Source: Torpedo marmorata (taxonomy: Eukaryota). Taken from it: DNA of 64,000 nt. Each line of letters begins with the position of its first letter. The first letter of the stretch is position 1. The stretch covers positions 290,346,001 through 290,410,000 of the forward strand of contig OZ360220.1 in NCBI GenBank assembly GCA_977017645.1, written 5' to 3'. Both the position numbers and the translations under genes were made by a program. Shown here one piece after another: positions 12,200-24,800 of the stretch. The notes below the pieces were generated by a model. The model searched no databases. It was not told the DNA's origin and saw only the letters and a program-made list of their open reading frames with translations.

Positions 12200-12835
12200 T
12201 AAAACTGCAGACACTGACAATCTGTAATGAAACAGAAAATACTGGAAAAAGCTCAGCAGGTCAGGCAGCGTCTGTGGAAAGAAAAATAACATTACACAGA
12301 CTTTACAACTTTAGCAACATATTATTATTAAAGGAGCTTAACTGCCTCTTAATGGCCCCATTATTTCACCCTGTTCTCTTTGTTCCACCCTTTGCCCTCT
12401 CCCATCTTCTCTGCTATGTAGACCAACATGTTTCAGTCACTCAGTACTGATAGTCTCTGACCTGTAATGTTAAATTTTAATTTTAAATTTTAAATTAAAT
12501 TTAAATTTTTAAAATTTAGACATACAGCATGAGGCCATTTCGGCCCACGAGCCCGTGCCGCCCAATTATACCCAATTAACCTACACCCCCAGTACGTTTC
12601 GAACGGTGGGAGGAAACCGGAGTCCCCGGGGAAAACCCACGCAGACACGGGGAGAACGTACAAACTCCTTACAGACAGTGTGGGATTCGAACCCAGGTCC
12701 CGATCGCTGGCGCTGTAAAGGCATTGCGCTAACCGCTATGGCAACCGTGCCGCCCCTATGCCAACCGTGCCGTTACCCTTTTCAGAGATGATGCCTGACC
12801 TGCTGAATTTTTCCAGCATTTTCTGTTTATATTAC
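12200..12835. mobile_element. Penelope-terminus-derived inverted element, interrupted by a V-SINE
   Basis: AAACAGAAAATACTGGAAAAAGCTCAGCAGGTCAGGCAGC near 12230-12270 has its reverse complement near 12790-12828. Confidence 0.65.
12470..12772 (-). mobile_element. tRNA-derived V-SINE (HE1-like)
   Basis: Reverse complement of the 2443 element, with a TTTAAA-repeat tail at 12470-12518 and a short tandem duplication of the 5' end (ATG(G/C)CAACCGTGCC x2). Confidence 0.88.
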
Positions 12836-13194
12836 AGCCCATGTCAACAAGGCTCAAGGAAAAATGTTGAGTGATCCAAAGGATCATTCCCAAAGATCAA
12901 TTTTCAGCACCTACATTGTGTGTCATGGAAAATCTGGTGGAGACTTTTAGGGCATTTTTGGAAGGAGCCAGAATGATGAGAGGGGTAAGGGATGAATTTG
13001 CATGAGTTATACACCAGTGTGTTCATCTGACAAAAATTAAGCTAAGTAAAAGTCAAATGTTTATTTCCCACATTTCTTTACAGTTTACCAAAACAAAGAA
13101 ACTAAAATATAACACAGTACATTATCCATGAAATAGAATCTCAAAATTTTACAAGTTTCATTGTTGACTGATAGTTTTCAGGGAAAATTTATAT

Positions 13195-14790
13195 GTATTG
13201 GATCAGGAATTAGCTGGCACAGAGGCAAATAGTGGAAGGGTGTTATTCAGGCTGGAGGCATGTGACCAGTGGGTTTCATAGGGATCGGTGTTGGGACCCT
13301 GTGGATGAAAAATTAGGTGGGTGGTTGGTAAGTTTGCAAATTACACTAAGATTGGCAGAGTTGTGGCCAATGTAGAGGGCTATTAAAGAATATAACCTGA
13401 TATTCATCAGTTACGGATATGGGCAGAGAAATGGCAGTCAGAGCTTAATCCAGACAAGTGTGAGGTGTTGCGCTTGGGGAGATCAAATGTTCATGGAAGG
13501 GCATTGATATGCAAAGGGATCTGGGGGTCCACATCCATAGCTCATTAAAGGTGGCCACACAAGTAGATAGGGTGGTTAAGAAACTGTATGACAAACTTGC
13601 CTTTATTGGTCATGGCATTGAGTATAAAAGTCAGGAAATCACATTGCTCTTGGAATACTGTGTACAATTCTGGTTGCCCCAGTGCAGGAAAGATGTGGAG
13701 CCTTTTGACAGGATGTTGCCTGGTTCATAGGGTATGAGTTATGGGGAGAGATAGGACAAAATTAGGTTGTTTTTTCTGGAGCATAGGAGGCTGGGGGGAG
13801 ACCTGATAAGAGGTTTATAAAATCATGAGAGACATTGATAGGCTGGACAGTCAGAATCTTTTCACAAGGATAAAATCAGCACACACTAGAGGACATGTGT
13901 TTTAGGTGAGGGGGAGGAAGTTTAAGGGAGATGTGCAGGGCAAATATTTTACAGAGTGGTGGACGCCTGGAATGGGCTGCCAGGAGTGGTGGTACAGAAC
14001 GTTTCCGATTATCCGAAAATCAGTTAACCGAAAAGCTCAGTTTCAGAACTTTTTTTCGGCGGCAACATGACGTCAAAAGATGGGGAAAGAATTTCACCCA
14101 ACGTGCTCATGTGGGGCTCCGGCACGCTGTTAGCGGCAGTTTGTTAACAACAGAGCTCAGAACCAGCTGGGAAGACAGACGCTGGATGTCGGCTCAGAGA
14201 AGCAGGATGGAATCTCGAGCGACTGGAGGAAGTCGACGGGTCAGGCAGCGCATGGGGAGATTGTCCTAGTTTCAGGTAACTCCCTCCCCTCTCTCTTTCC
14301 ATTTCTTCTTTACCCTCCACTGTACTTGGTTCTCCGCTGTCGCGGCGTCATCAAGGAGAGCGGCCTCCCGGGCAGGAGCGGGGACCTCGGGCTCCTGGGC
14401 AGGATTGGCGACGGAGGTGGGGAGATCGGTGACGGCGGCAGGAGCGGGGACCTCGGGCTCCCGGGCAGGATCGGCGACGGCGGTGGGGAGGTGTCGGGGA
14501 TCAGCGACGGACGATACAAGTATTCTGCTGATGCTACTGGGCTGCTTAAAGCCATTATTCAGTTATCCGAAAAATCCAGTTAACCGAAAAACGTCCGATC
14601 CCAAGCTTTTCGGATAACCGGAAACGTACTGCAGTAGCATTTAAGGGGCTTCTGGATAGACACACGAATATGAAGGGGTTGGAGAATGATCTATCAAATG
14701 CAAGCAGCAGAGTTTTAATTTGATTTGGGGCAACGTGTTCAGCACAGATACGTAGGTCAAAAGACCTGTTCCTGTACTGTTCTATGTATT
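13195..14790 (+). mobile_element. 5'-truncated, decayed CR1 LINE (3' part of ORF2 and 3' UTR), interrupted by a TIR element
   Basis: Remnants GSVLGP, RDLGVHIHSSLKVATQVDRVVKK and LEYCVQFW. The CR1-type end is CCTGTTCCTGTACTGTTCTATG. Confidence 0.85.
13995..14631. mobile_element. Tigger/pogo-like non-autonomous TIR element with GC-rich interior
   Basis: Left TIR CAGAACGTTTCCGATTATCCGAAAA versus right TIR (reverse complement) CAGTACGTTTCCGGTTATCCGAAAA, 23/25. TA is present on the left; the right flank reads CA. Confidence 0.85.
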
Positions 14791-15407
14791 ATTTTAAACT
14801 CAAGGAAGGACTTTTCCTAAATTTAGATTCACTAAACATCTTGTGCAACAGTGTAGCTAAAATGCTGCTTTTTATTTTGTTCCCCAACTGTTCAAAGATG
14901 AATTCTTCAAGGAGATACCATTAAAACACAATAATTTAAGAGCCATTAACAGAGAGTTATTACCCAAAAGGAGATAAAAACATAAAATGTGAAATATTAT
15001 ACCAACTCAATAATAACATAATACCCAACAGAAAAATAAGCATGAATTATGCAGAAACAGCATTTACTGCAGTGGAGCCTTGCAGCCATAAGAAGGTTTT
15101 CTACTGAATTTTAAAACATTATATTATAAGGTAATAAATAAGAAAAAAATATTTTACAGCACTTGAGAGTTGTGGAATACTAAATATACTTAATATAGAG
15201 GGAAGTTGATACAATTAACTCAATTGAACACTTCCAAAGAAATTGATTTAGCAGAATTGAATGCTTCCCAATTGGCCCAAATGGAGATCAGGTGGTTAGG
15301 TTAGTGAAATTTTCGTTACCCTATTCAGAAATAACTTTTTTTAAAGCGATCAGCCCAGGTGCTGTAAACCTTCAGAGAGACAAGGTTCACTTCTAGGACA
15401 TTGTACA

Positions 15408-15665
15408 TCGTGGTTAGTGTAGCGGTTAGTGCAGCGCTATTACAGCACCAGCGACAAGGAATAAGAATCCGGCACTGTATGGAGTGAGGTTGTATGTTAT
15501 CCCCGTGTCTGCGTTGGTTTACTCCAAGTGGTCTAGTTTCCTCGCAAATTTGAAATATGCAAGGGGTTAGAATGTTAATTAGTCACATGGGTGTATTTGT
15601 GCGGTACGGGCTCGTGGGCCAGAAGGGCCTGTTACCATGCTGTATCTCTAAATTTTAAAAAAATA
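15408..15665 (+). mobile_element. Diverged V-SINE (HE1-like)
   Basis: GGTTAGTGTAGCGGTTAG head, CCCCGTGTCTGCGT core and GGGCCTGTTACCATGCTGTAT tail. Confidence 0.8.
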
Positions 15666-17437
15666 AACCCCTTTATCTGCCCATCCGCAGAAGTGGGCCA
15701 CTTTCTCAAAAGGGGTGGAGTTAAGTGTGAATTGGTTTTAACCAGAAGCAGGTAGAAGCTTTGATGAGCAATTTCCAAAATAGGACATACAAAACATTTT
15801 TTTAAAGTTTCAAAGTAGCAGGGCTAAAGGAAAGCAACAAGAGCCAGTTAAGCTCTTGAATTCCTGGCAAGGTGCAAGCCCTCTAGCCACAGGTGGCTTG
15901 TTTGCTTTCATGCTTTCTTTTAAAGACTACAAAATATTTTCAATCTGTTTGTCAGAAAAAGAGAAGAGATTTCTGCCAAATAACTGCAAATCTTATTTAC
16001 AGTCTCAGATATTTGAAATTTATGACACAGCTTTAATGAATAACAATGGAGCTCTCCGTACCCCAACTTCCTCAGCTCTCCGTCAAACTGCCCCTGAACC
16101 ATTCTCTTCTCATACAGGATCTGGAGGCAATTTAGAATTGCTCTTCCTTTAGATATGCCAGCAGTACAAATATAGCAGTATTCTATCTTTTCTTAAGAAA
16201 AGCAAAAGTCAACCTGGGATTGCAAAACAAAGGACAGGAAGTTAACCCTCTCCTGTTTAGGTCTCTCTTATAGCTATTATCCATTACACAAAAAAAAAAT
16301 TAATTGATTAAATTTGAGCAACATCATTGTTACAAATGTGCAAGGTTTTAATTTTCATATCCAATGACATCTTAACACTTCACGCGTGCTTCCAAAATTA
16401 ATAATAGTTACGACAACAGAAATTACATCAGTGATACAAATCCCAACAAGCAGATTAAACCTATTGGCTATTAATTAGGTTAGTCACCTTGCTGCAAGTA
16501 AGGCCAAAATCCCTTAATCTGTATTTATTTGTTATCTTCTGAAAACCTACTCTTTTTAAAAATATGTACCGGTACTTTGTTTAAAAAACATGAAGAAATG
16601 AGTGGTCATTAAGCTTTCAAGCCCAACCCACACATCAGATCCTGCTTTCCATGAGATTAAACAATTCTGAGTAATTCTTGAAGCGGTGACAATTACCGGT
16701 AAATACTTTGCATTTACCCTTCCTCGTCTTCCCCCACTCTCACCCTGGATAATAATAAGCGTGCTTTCTAGTCACTCTAACAACACTTGTCAGACATTTC
16801 AAACACGACCAGTTTTGCAGTTACTAATTTATCCCATATGGCTCCCACTCCCATTGGTGCTGTTCACCATTTCCTCCAGAGTTCACTTTGATCCAAAGTA
16901 AACAATTATCGAAGAAAAGGCCCAATTCAGTTGCTGTTAGCTGGGACTCAGTTTCCCTTCTCCTCAATACCCCTCTTCCAAGCCTTAAAGCCACAGAACT
17001 GGATTTAAGGGGGAAAATGTGGCCCAATGTGCAGACGGAAGCTCTTCTTTATCTGGGAAAGTTGAAGAGGGAATATGGAGAGTATTACAAGATAAAGTTT
17101 CTATTAAATTGCAAGGCAGTGAAAGAAATAGCAAAAACAAACCAAATTGTCAAGTACAATCTATTGAGGCTCACCATTTTCCACTGTGATACATAACAAA
17201 ACATTAGAGCTGATTAGTAAAGTCTAGTTTGTGTACTATAAATCATTAACAGAGAAACCACCCATGTTTTTATAATACAGCAATCTGCAGATTTTGCATC
17301 ATATATGAACATTCAGTATAACACAATGATTAATAGATTTCTTCTGTTTATAATTTTGCTCAAAGTCAAATGTTAAAGTCCATTCTAAGCACCCTTATTT
17401 ATATATAGTGACCACAGATATTCTTATCCTGGTGTAA

Positions 17438-17690
17438 TGGGCGGTACGGTTAGCACCACGCTATTACAGCACCAGCGACCCAGGTTTGAATCTGGCGCTG
17501 TCTGTACGGAGTTTGTACGTTCTCCCTACATCTGCGTGGGTTTACTCTGGGTGCTCTGGTTTCCTCCTACCCTTCAAAACGTACCGTGGGTTGTAGGTTG
17601 ATTGGTGTATTTGGGCGACACGGGCTTGTGGGCAGAAGGGCCTGTTACTGTGCAGTATGTCTAATTTAATTTTAAATATAATTTATTTAA
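17438..17690 (+). mobile_element. V-SINE (HE1-like)
   Basis: Same head, core and tail as the 2443 copy. Confidence 0.82.
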
Positions 17691-17930
17691 ATATACAGTA
17701 CATGTATTAAAATATTCTGTACAATTCTATAGTTTATGAATATTCAAATTACAAAATATTCTGCACTGACCCCAGGGCTGTTTGGTTTCTCCCAAACTGA
17801 CTTCGCAATTATAAACTGATGGAAATGGCACCATACCGAGCAAACAAATTCAGTGTATCACATTAAACTACATAGTTCAAACATTTCTGCATATCATTCA
17901 CTGAAGACAGCTCCCTTTATATGTTATTTT

Positions 17931-18185
17931 CTTCACAGCACCAATAGCCTGAATACGACTGGGATTGTCTGATCTCGGAAGCTAAAGCAGGCACAGGACT
18001 GGTCAGTACTTGGAGGGGAGACCGCCTAGGAATACCAGGTGCTGTAGGTATCTGTGAGGGGCGCTGGACAAAGTAACGACCCTCTGTCTGCCTTACGGTA
18101 GACAAAAATTAAAGAATTTCATGTATGTTACATTCTAAATGTAGTATTATGTGACAATAATGGAACCTTTACCTTTTACCTTTAC
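17931..18185 (+). mobile_element. Full-length 5S rRNA-derived SINE (SINE3-type)
   Basis: About 120 nt of diverged 5S head (GCCTGAATACG...TCTGATCTCGGAAGCTAA...GGTCAGTACTTGGA...GGTGCTGTAGG), then a tail shared with 55-170 and terminal ACCTTT(T) repeats. Confidence 0.88.
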
Positions 18186-18626
18186 ATTTGTTCTTGAGGG
18201 TGGATTTGACCAGAACTCTGTGGAAATATCTGTACTTTTTCAATTAAATGACAGGTGTGAACAGTGCTATTTTGCATATTTTATCTTCTCCCAGGGTAAT
18301 ACCACATTATAATTGTAATTGTTATGACATCATGAAAGCACGTTGCTGCAATAAGTTGTTCAGCAAAGGAATTAATCATTTCCTGGGCTTCAGAGAAGAA
18401 GAAAAAAGCAGCAGCTAGTCACGTGGAACTCATTCTAATTGATTCAAGTAGAAATGAGTGCCCATAAGCCAAAGAGGATGGCTGCAAGCAGCCAGTTCTG
18501 TGCATTTCGTTGGTGTATCCTATCTGATCAGGTCAGAGAAGATTGCAAAACATCTCAAATGGACAAATGCTGGAAGAGGGACTGTCATCACCTGATGGGT
18601 GATCAGGAGCCTGAAGACGAACAGCC

Positions 18627-18820
18627 AATGGTACAGAAACAGCTTTTCCCCTCTGCCATCAGATTTCTGAATGGACAATGAACTACAGACACTACCTCAC
18701 TTTCTATAATTCTGCACGAATTTTTTGGTTTAAATATAATTTATAACAAATTTGCACCTGTGATGCTGCCGCAAAACAATGAATTTGTGACATGTTCATG
18801 ACAATGAATTCTGATTCTGA
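18627..18820 (+). mobile_element. LINE 3'-end fragment (Rex1/Babar-like)
   Basis: AACAGCTTTTCCCCTCTGCCATCAGATTTCTGAA ORF-end remnant and a tail ATGACAATGAATTCTGATTCTGA with a short terminal repeat. Confidence 0.6.
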
Positions 18821-21800
18821 TCACCTCTCCTTTGTCTTGCTGCCAATTTCATTTTGGGAAAGCCTGACAACATGCACCAAACTTTTGCTCCAGAGTAGAT
18901 GCTGTGTTTATGAAGTTACAAGTTCTTCACTCCGCATTCTCCTTTGAAAATTTAGTTTTATACATACTAGTTCATCACACAATGTTTGTTTAATTGATTA
19001 AAACTTTTTTTCATGACTTTGCTGTCTATTTCTGATAATTTGTGAAAGAAGATCAATGCATCCACTCAGCAATATGCCTATCCTGATAAGGGAATGGGAC
19101 TGCAAATGCCAGCAAAATCTTAACCAGTTCGGTGTAAGATTGGTTAGGGAACCTAAGTTAGGCATCTTTCATTCCTCGGCAAAAATTGCATTAGCAAACG
19201 AGAGAAAATTCCTTGACGAGTTTATATTTGATAATAAAGAAATCCTCCAGTTCCTTTGATGAATGTTCTCACTAGTTTACATAATACTCTGTGTCTCATA
19301 TGTCAGATGCATTTTAAAAACCAATGCAATCAGAAATTCGTGTTAACGTGGCTGCCTCATACGACAATGGGGAAGGCATTGAGTGTGTCTGTCCACTGAA
19401 AAATAGACATGGGTTACTGCTCACTAGCATCTGCCTGCTGGTCATATTCTGTTAATGATTGAAAAGAGTTGGTGGTATGCCTATACTTTTTAAACGCAGC
19501 ATTAGAGATTGTGGTATTGCAGTCATCTAGATTTTTTTAAATATAATTTTAACACCACTGCTCATTCATTCATTTCTGCATTACACTTTGGCATATGGTC
19601 AGTGCCCAAAAGAAAATATCACTGATGCTAAAATAATAACAAAAATATCAGCATTAATAGGTACATTCAACTGTTGATAGAACACTATTTTTAGGAGCCA
19701 ACAGCCTGAAACATTCTATATCAGCAAAGAATGCATTTTCATGAAATCCCTCTGCCCATTTTTTAAATTCACACATAAAATATATGGACTAACACTTCAT
19801 TAAATTAGGAGACAAAGGAATTTCATCTGAATGTGTTAATACTGCATAACGCAATTTCAAAACATATGCAGAGTAATTTTCTGCCTGCTGTTTTAACATG
19901 CTGAATAATGCACGTGTTAAATTCAATTCTGTGCTTTTTTAATATAGTTAACCCATTTAAAATAAAATGGGTTAATATAGAGATTAAATAGTGCATACAG
20001 GAGTTTAATGCAAATGCCAAAAATAGCATTGAGAGGAAATTAAACCCCCAAGTGTTTTTATATTGTAATGAGGTGTGTGCTGCAGTAAATGTCCCACAAC
20101 AACATGCAACGTAACGTGAGAATATCAAGAACCACTTTGAGTAGCTTTCTGAATGAAGCCTCTGTTATGTTCAATATTTAGAATGAGGCCAGGGTGCTTT
20201 TCTGAAATGAACTTTCCATCCAAGGATTTGACTTCTTAGGCACCACTCATTTATAAATGCATTTGCTTAAATCAATATTTTCAAATCACTAAGTTTGCAT
20301 GTAACCTTACAAGTCAACAAAAACTGGTTTTTAAAGGTTTAAAGTAGAAGGAAAAAGAAAAACAAGATGGATAATAATGTGTCAAAATGTCACTCATCTG
20401 TGTATTGAGAAGGCAGTGTATAAAAGGTACTTTGTCTTTGCAAAGTCTTAAAAAATTACCCTCTAGAATCTAAGCTTGGAGAGTCACTCTTAGGCACCTG
20501 TTCTAATGGATGTTCCAGTCTTGGAGAATTCCTTACTCAAAACATCAAATGTCTTGTGCTCATTGGCAGCAAAGAGCCCTTTGATCTGTCCCCCATGTTA
20601 TTAGCATTAACCGCCTGACTAGCACAGCCAAATCAGACAGAGGCATATAATTTGGAGTGAAAACTAGCTTCCACACAGCATAGATCTCTGACATAAGAAT
20701 ACTGTGCTCTGGAATGAATCAAAAGAGTTTATATCCGTTAACCCCGAGGCTGGTGAAGGAGTATTCTGACCGCTATAATGCTAGGAAAGATGACACCATT
20801 CACAATATTTCAAGGGGAAGTGAAGAATAAAAATGTAGGAAATGTGTTCAGGAATTGCATCATTTGTTCTTGTTTGCATAATTCTTTTGAGTTTTTTTTA
20901 AACAATGTCATTTACAATATATTCCTTTGCATGAATAGGATAATCACAGTAACAATTCTGGGTTCCTTTCTTATCAAATTATTTTTAAACAGTTTTTCCC
21001 TCATGGGCTGTTTGGGCGAAACACAAAGTCTCAAAAATTTGTAGAAAATTTCACCTCTGATCAAAATGCAATACTTAACCATCTATTTTCTTTCACTCAA
21101 AGGTAAAATGTAGAAAAATATCTGTCTAAGGAGAGCCATCATCACTGTGCTGCTCTTTGGCATAGCAAACATTATTTACAGATCTCTCTCCTATAGTCCA
21201 TATGAAACAGCTGCTAAAAGGGTCCATAGCTTCTAAAGATAGTATCACAATGAAGGTTCAGTGCATTTTTAGATTGGTATTAGATAATGCAAAATTTGAG
21301 GTTCCAGGGCAAGGATTTTGTTTTTTTTTGTTCTTAAATAAATGGCCTTAAAATATTAGCAATGCATTTTGATAGCTATGATTGTCACATATGAATTAGA
21401 ATTCAGCAGAGTACAATGTGATTGCACTCAATGCCACTGTCTCAATCAGAAATACTTACCTATTTGGCTGCTCCTAAATATTCAATCTTTCTGAGCGTTC
21501 TTTGCATAATCACACAAGCATGAAAGAGGAGATATGACAGATAGAAGCCAGCAAAAAAATAAAGACCAAGATTTGGGAATCGATTTGTTGCAGTCGCTCC
21601 CTTTGAGATGGGCAGCAGCAAAAATGTAATATTGCTGATATTTTCATTGAATGTATTTCAACACCACATTTGACTTATTTGGTTGACTTGATTATTGGTT
21701 TTTTTTTAAGAATAATTAAGAAAGCCCAAATGCAGATCTTTGTTATGATTGGAATCAATGGTAAGATTCAATTTACAGCTTTTACACTGCCCAATAGCAC

Positions 21801-24800
21801 GTTCTCAAGTAAGGAATTGAAGCTAAGAAACTCACTTACAGGAAGGAACTCAGCCGGGTTCAAATCAATTTACAATCAAAATCCATAAGATCCTCCCTGT
21901 TTACAGTTTCATGATGTTTTCAATTCACTGCCAATATCAATCTGTTTCAATCCACCTTCTCTGTGGCAAATGACAATGATTTTTTTTAATTTTGTTTTTT
22001 ATTCCAGAACTAATTTGGTGTAAAAATAAGCCTGGTTTTGAAAGATAGCACTATGTAAAAAATTTAATGTTTCCATTCTTTATTATGCATTTTTGTTTGT
22101 TTTGCAAAATAAAGTTATTTTAAACTTTGTGATTGTCGTCAATTGTTAGTTACTACATTTGTTCTATATAATCAGTATTAATTATTTCAATAGATTTCAC
22201 TATATGCCTTATACTATACCTCTTATTTTCTTCCAATAAAATTAATGAAGAAAGTTAATTCTCTGTCAAGCAAAAGATCAATTAACAAAACATTGAACCA
22301 CATATTACCTTGGACTAAAAATTAATTGACCATTACTAAAGGAAAAGGTAACATTGTACTTTCTTTTTCTCTAAACTGAACTGCCCAGCCAACAATTTAC
22401 CTAAATTCTTAGCTCTACTCCAATATTGTCACTTTGAGAAAATAATACCTTCAATGCAAATAAAAGATTTGAACTTAACATTGTTTAATTACTGAAATAA
22501 CTGTGTTACCCTTCCATTATCCTCAAAACAAGGTCTGTGACTGCACTTTAAAAATCTAATTCTGTTACTAACCAGTCTATAAATCAGCTTCTGAATCTGA
22601 AGAGTTATTTAAATGTTTTAAATCGCATTAAGTGTTGAACAATTACAGTTTGAATTGAGAGTATAATTTTCCTGGAATTTTATTTTTCTGAGGATCGCTT
22701 TATTGTACATAATGTAAATATTGATGGAGAACCATATTATTTTTTGGACATACCAAGGGTTCCATAATGCAGATGAATGTAACAATTAACTGCAAATAAA
22801 TTCCCAAAGGATAATGATAGGATACTGTTTTGTGGATTAAAGCCTTGCCATTTTACAACTGTCCTGCCTCTTTGTCCTTTTAAAATACCTGTACAACTTA
22901 ATGTTTTTATTAATTTTAAAACCATTGTTGTATGCTTGTAAATACATTTATGTTTGTATATTGAATTTATTTTGTTTTAAAATCAAAATTAAAAGTAAAA
23001 TTATGAATAAAATTGGAGAATGCTTCATAATTTACAAGCATAATATACAATATCTAAAAATATTTTTAAATACAGGTATAACTAAAAATTTGTCAGTTTA
23101 ACTTAGATGCCAGGCAATATTCAATGGCCCATCTAGCATTAATTTATAAGATACTGTAATTATAAACTGCCTTCCTATCTTCTCAAAACGAACAAGAGCA
23201 TATAATAAAATAATGTGTTCTTTTATGCTGTTAGGGATATTATCAAATGAAATGATTTCATTGAAATTAGAGAGTTGATGCCTGTCAGGGAAGAGTACGT
23301 TTCCCATTCCGCCACTTGCGTGCACGCAGCAAGAATTTATAGCACGAGAAATGTTAACGCTCCAATGGGTTGAAATGGAACTCGAGCAGCGATCACGCTG
23401 TCTGAAACAAATTTTAAAATGGCTTAATCTGCCCTGATAGATGAATGGTTTTGATTTCCCATTGCAGAGAAACTTGATTACAAAACATATTTCAAGTCTT
23501 TCTCTGTGTGCAGATAATGATTCATTAATCAGTGCTTTCATTAACCCCCTACTGGCTCCCCAAACATACACAGTCCTGTTTTTTTGAAGTGCAGTAGGGA
23601 AATGAATGCAGAGAAAGTGACACATTAATGGCAGCAACTCCGATATTCCTCCCTGAAACTTAATTATCTGCTTGTCTGTGGTGGTTGCTAGGCTGTATTG
23701 GATTTTCAGCTGATTGTAATTTTACAACAGAAGAAAACTGTTTTATGGTCTATGAGGACTCTTCATTTTCTAATCTTCAAAGAACTGGACTAATATTTCT
23801 GCGTTGCTTCAATACATAGTGGAAGATTGTCTAAATTCAGTTATTTAGCTTGGTTTAGTCCTCATCGTTATTTGCTCAAATCCACATTAACGATTTTACA
23901 AATTACATCTTTTCTAAATTAATGGGAGGCTTTACCTTATATGATAAATTAATTCACTGTTATGCCAAGAAAAAAAATGGAAGCAAAATCCTGGAACATT
24001 TTCTTCTAGTAAAGAAATTTATACATAACGTTAATGAAGTATTGGCTATTGTGCTGTCCAAAGAAGAAAAACAATAGGGTTAGGGTATTTATTTTTAGAT
24101 TTTTTCCTTATTTTCTTAAGAATCTTTTGAAGCTCTTCTAGCAATTTTCATTCCATTGGCTCTATTCAGTTGCCGTGAATAAGATGGTGCAGCAAACTGA
24201 CCTCAAAATGAGCAACGATTAGGCATTTTCCTTGACTGCTTGCCTTGTGCGATTGTTCCATCAAACATTATCAAAGTGTGCAGTTATATAGGAAATGGTA
24301 CCAGGAGTTAAAGGAAACTGCACCTGATATTTAAGGTTAAGAATACATACACATTGAGGCATTTCAATGTGTGGAGATAAGGATGTTGCTTTGCTAACAG
24401 TTCATCACCTGTCCTCTCCCGTCACTCCCCGGCGCTCAAAGCTCAAGACCGCAATTTATTTTGACAAGGATTATTGGTGTGTGGTGGTTAAGAATGCAGA
24501 AAATGGTAGATGTTCTGATCTATGGTTGTGCAATTCGTTCCTGGTCTAGAAATGCAAAAATCAAAACCCATCAAACAGTTTATAAGATGCTCTTTTTGGA
24601 AAGTGCACAAAAGCAATAGCTTTCACATCAAGAAACCCACATCAATAGCAAAATTTTAAAGGAAAAACAATATTGTGCTTAATTCATTTTGGGATGTACT
24701 CCAATAACACATATTACGCAGGCATTTTTCACAATGACCAACCAATGCCAAATTATATTGTATGCGACAAATCATCATCAAATAAAGCGTGTAATAAAAA

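Noticed and set aside
17931-18049. Functional 5S rRNA gene
   Set aside because: It has many substitutions and indels, no oligo-T terminator, is not in an array, and is fused to a retroposon tail also present at 1-170.
23098-23637. 179-aa minus-strand ORF as an ephrin exon or novel gene
   Set aside because: It starts at a non-ATG codon, shows no ephrin or other domain motif, and I saw no convincing splice signals.
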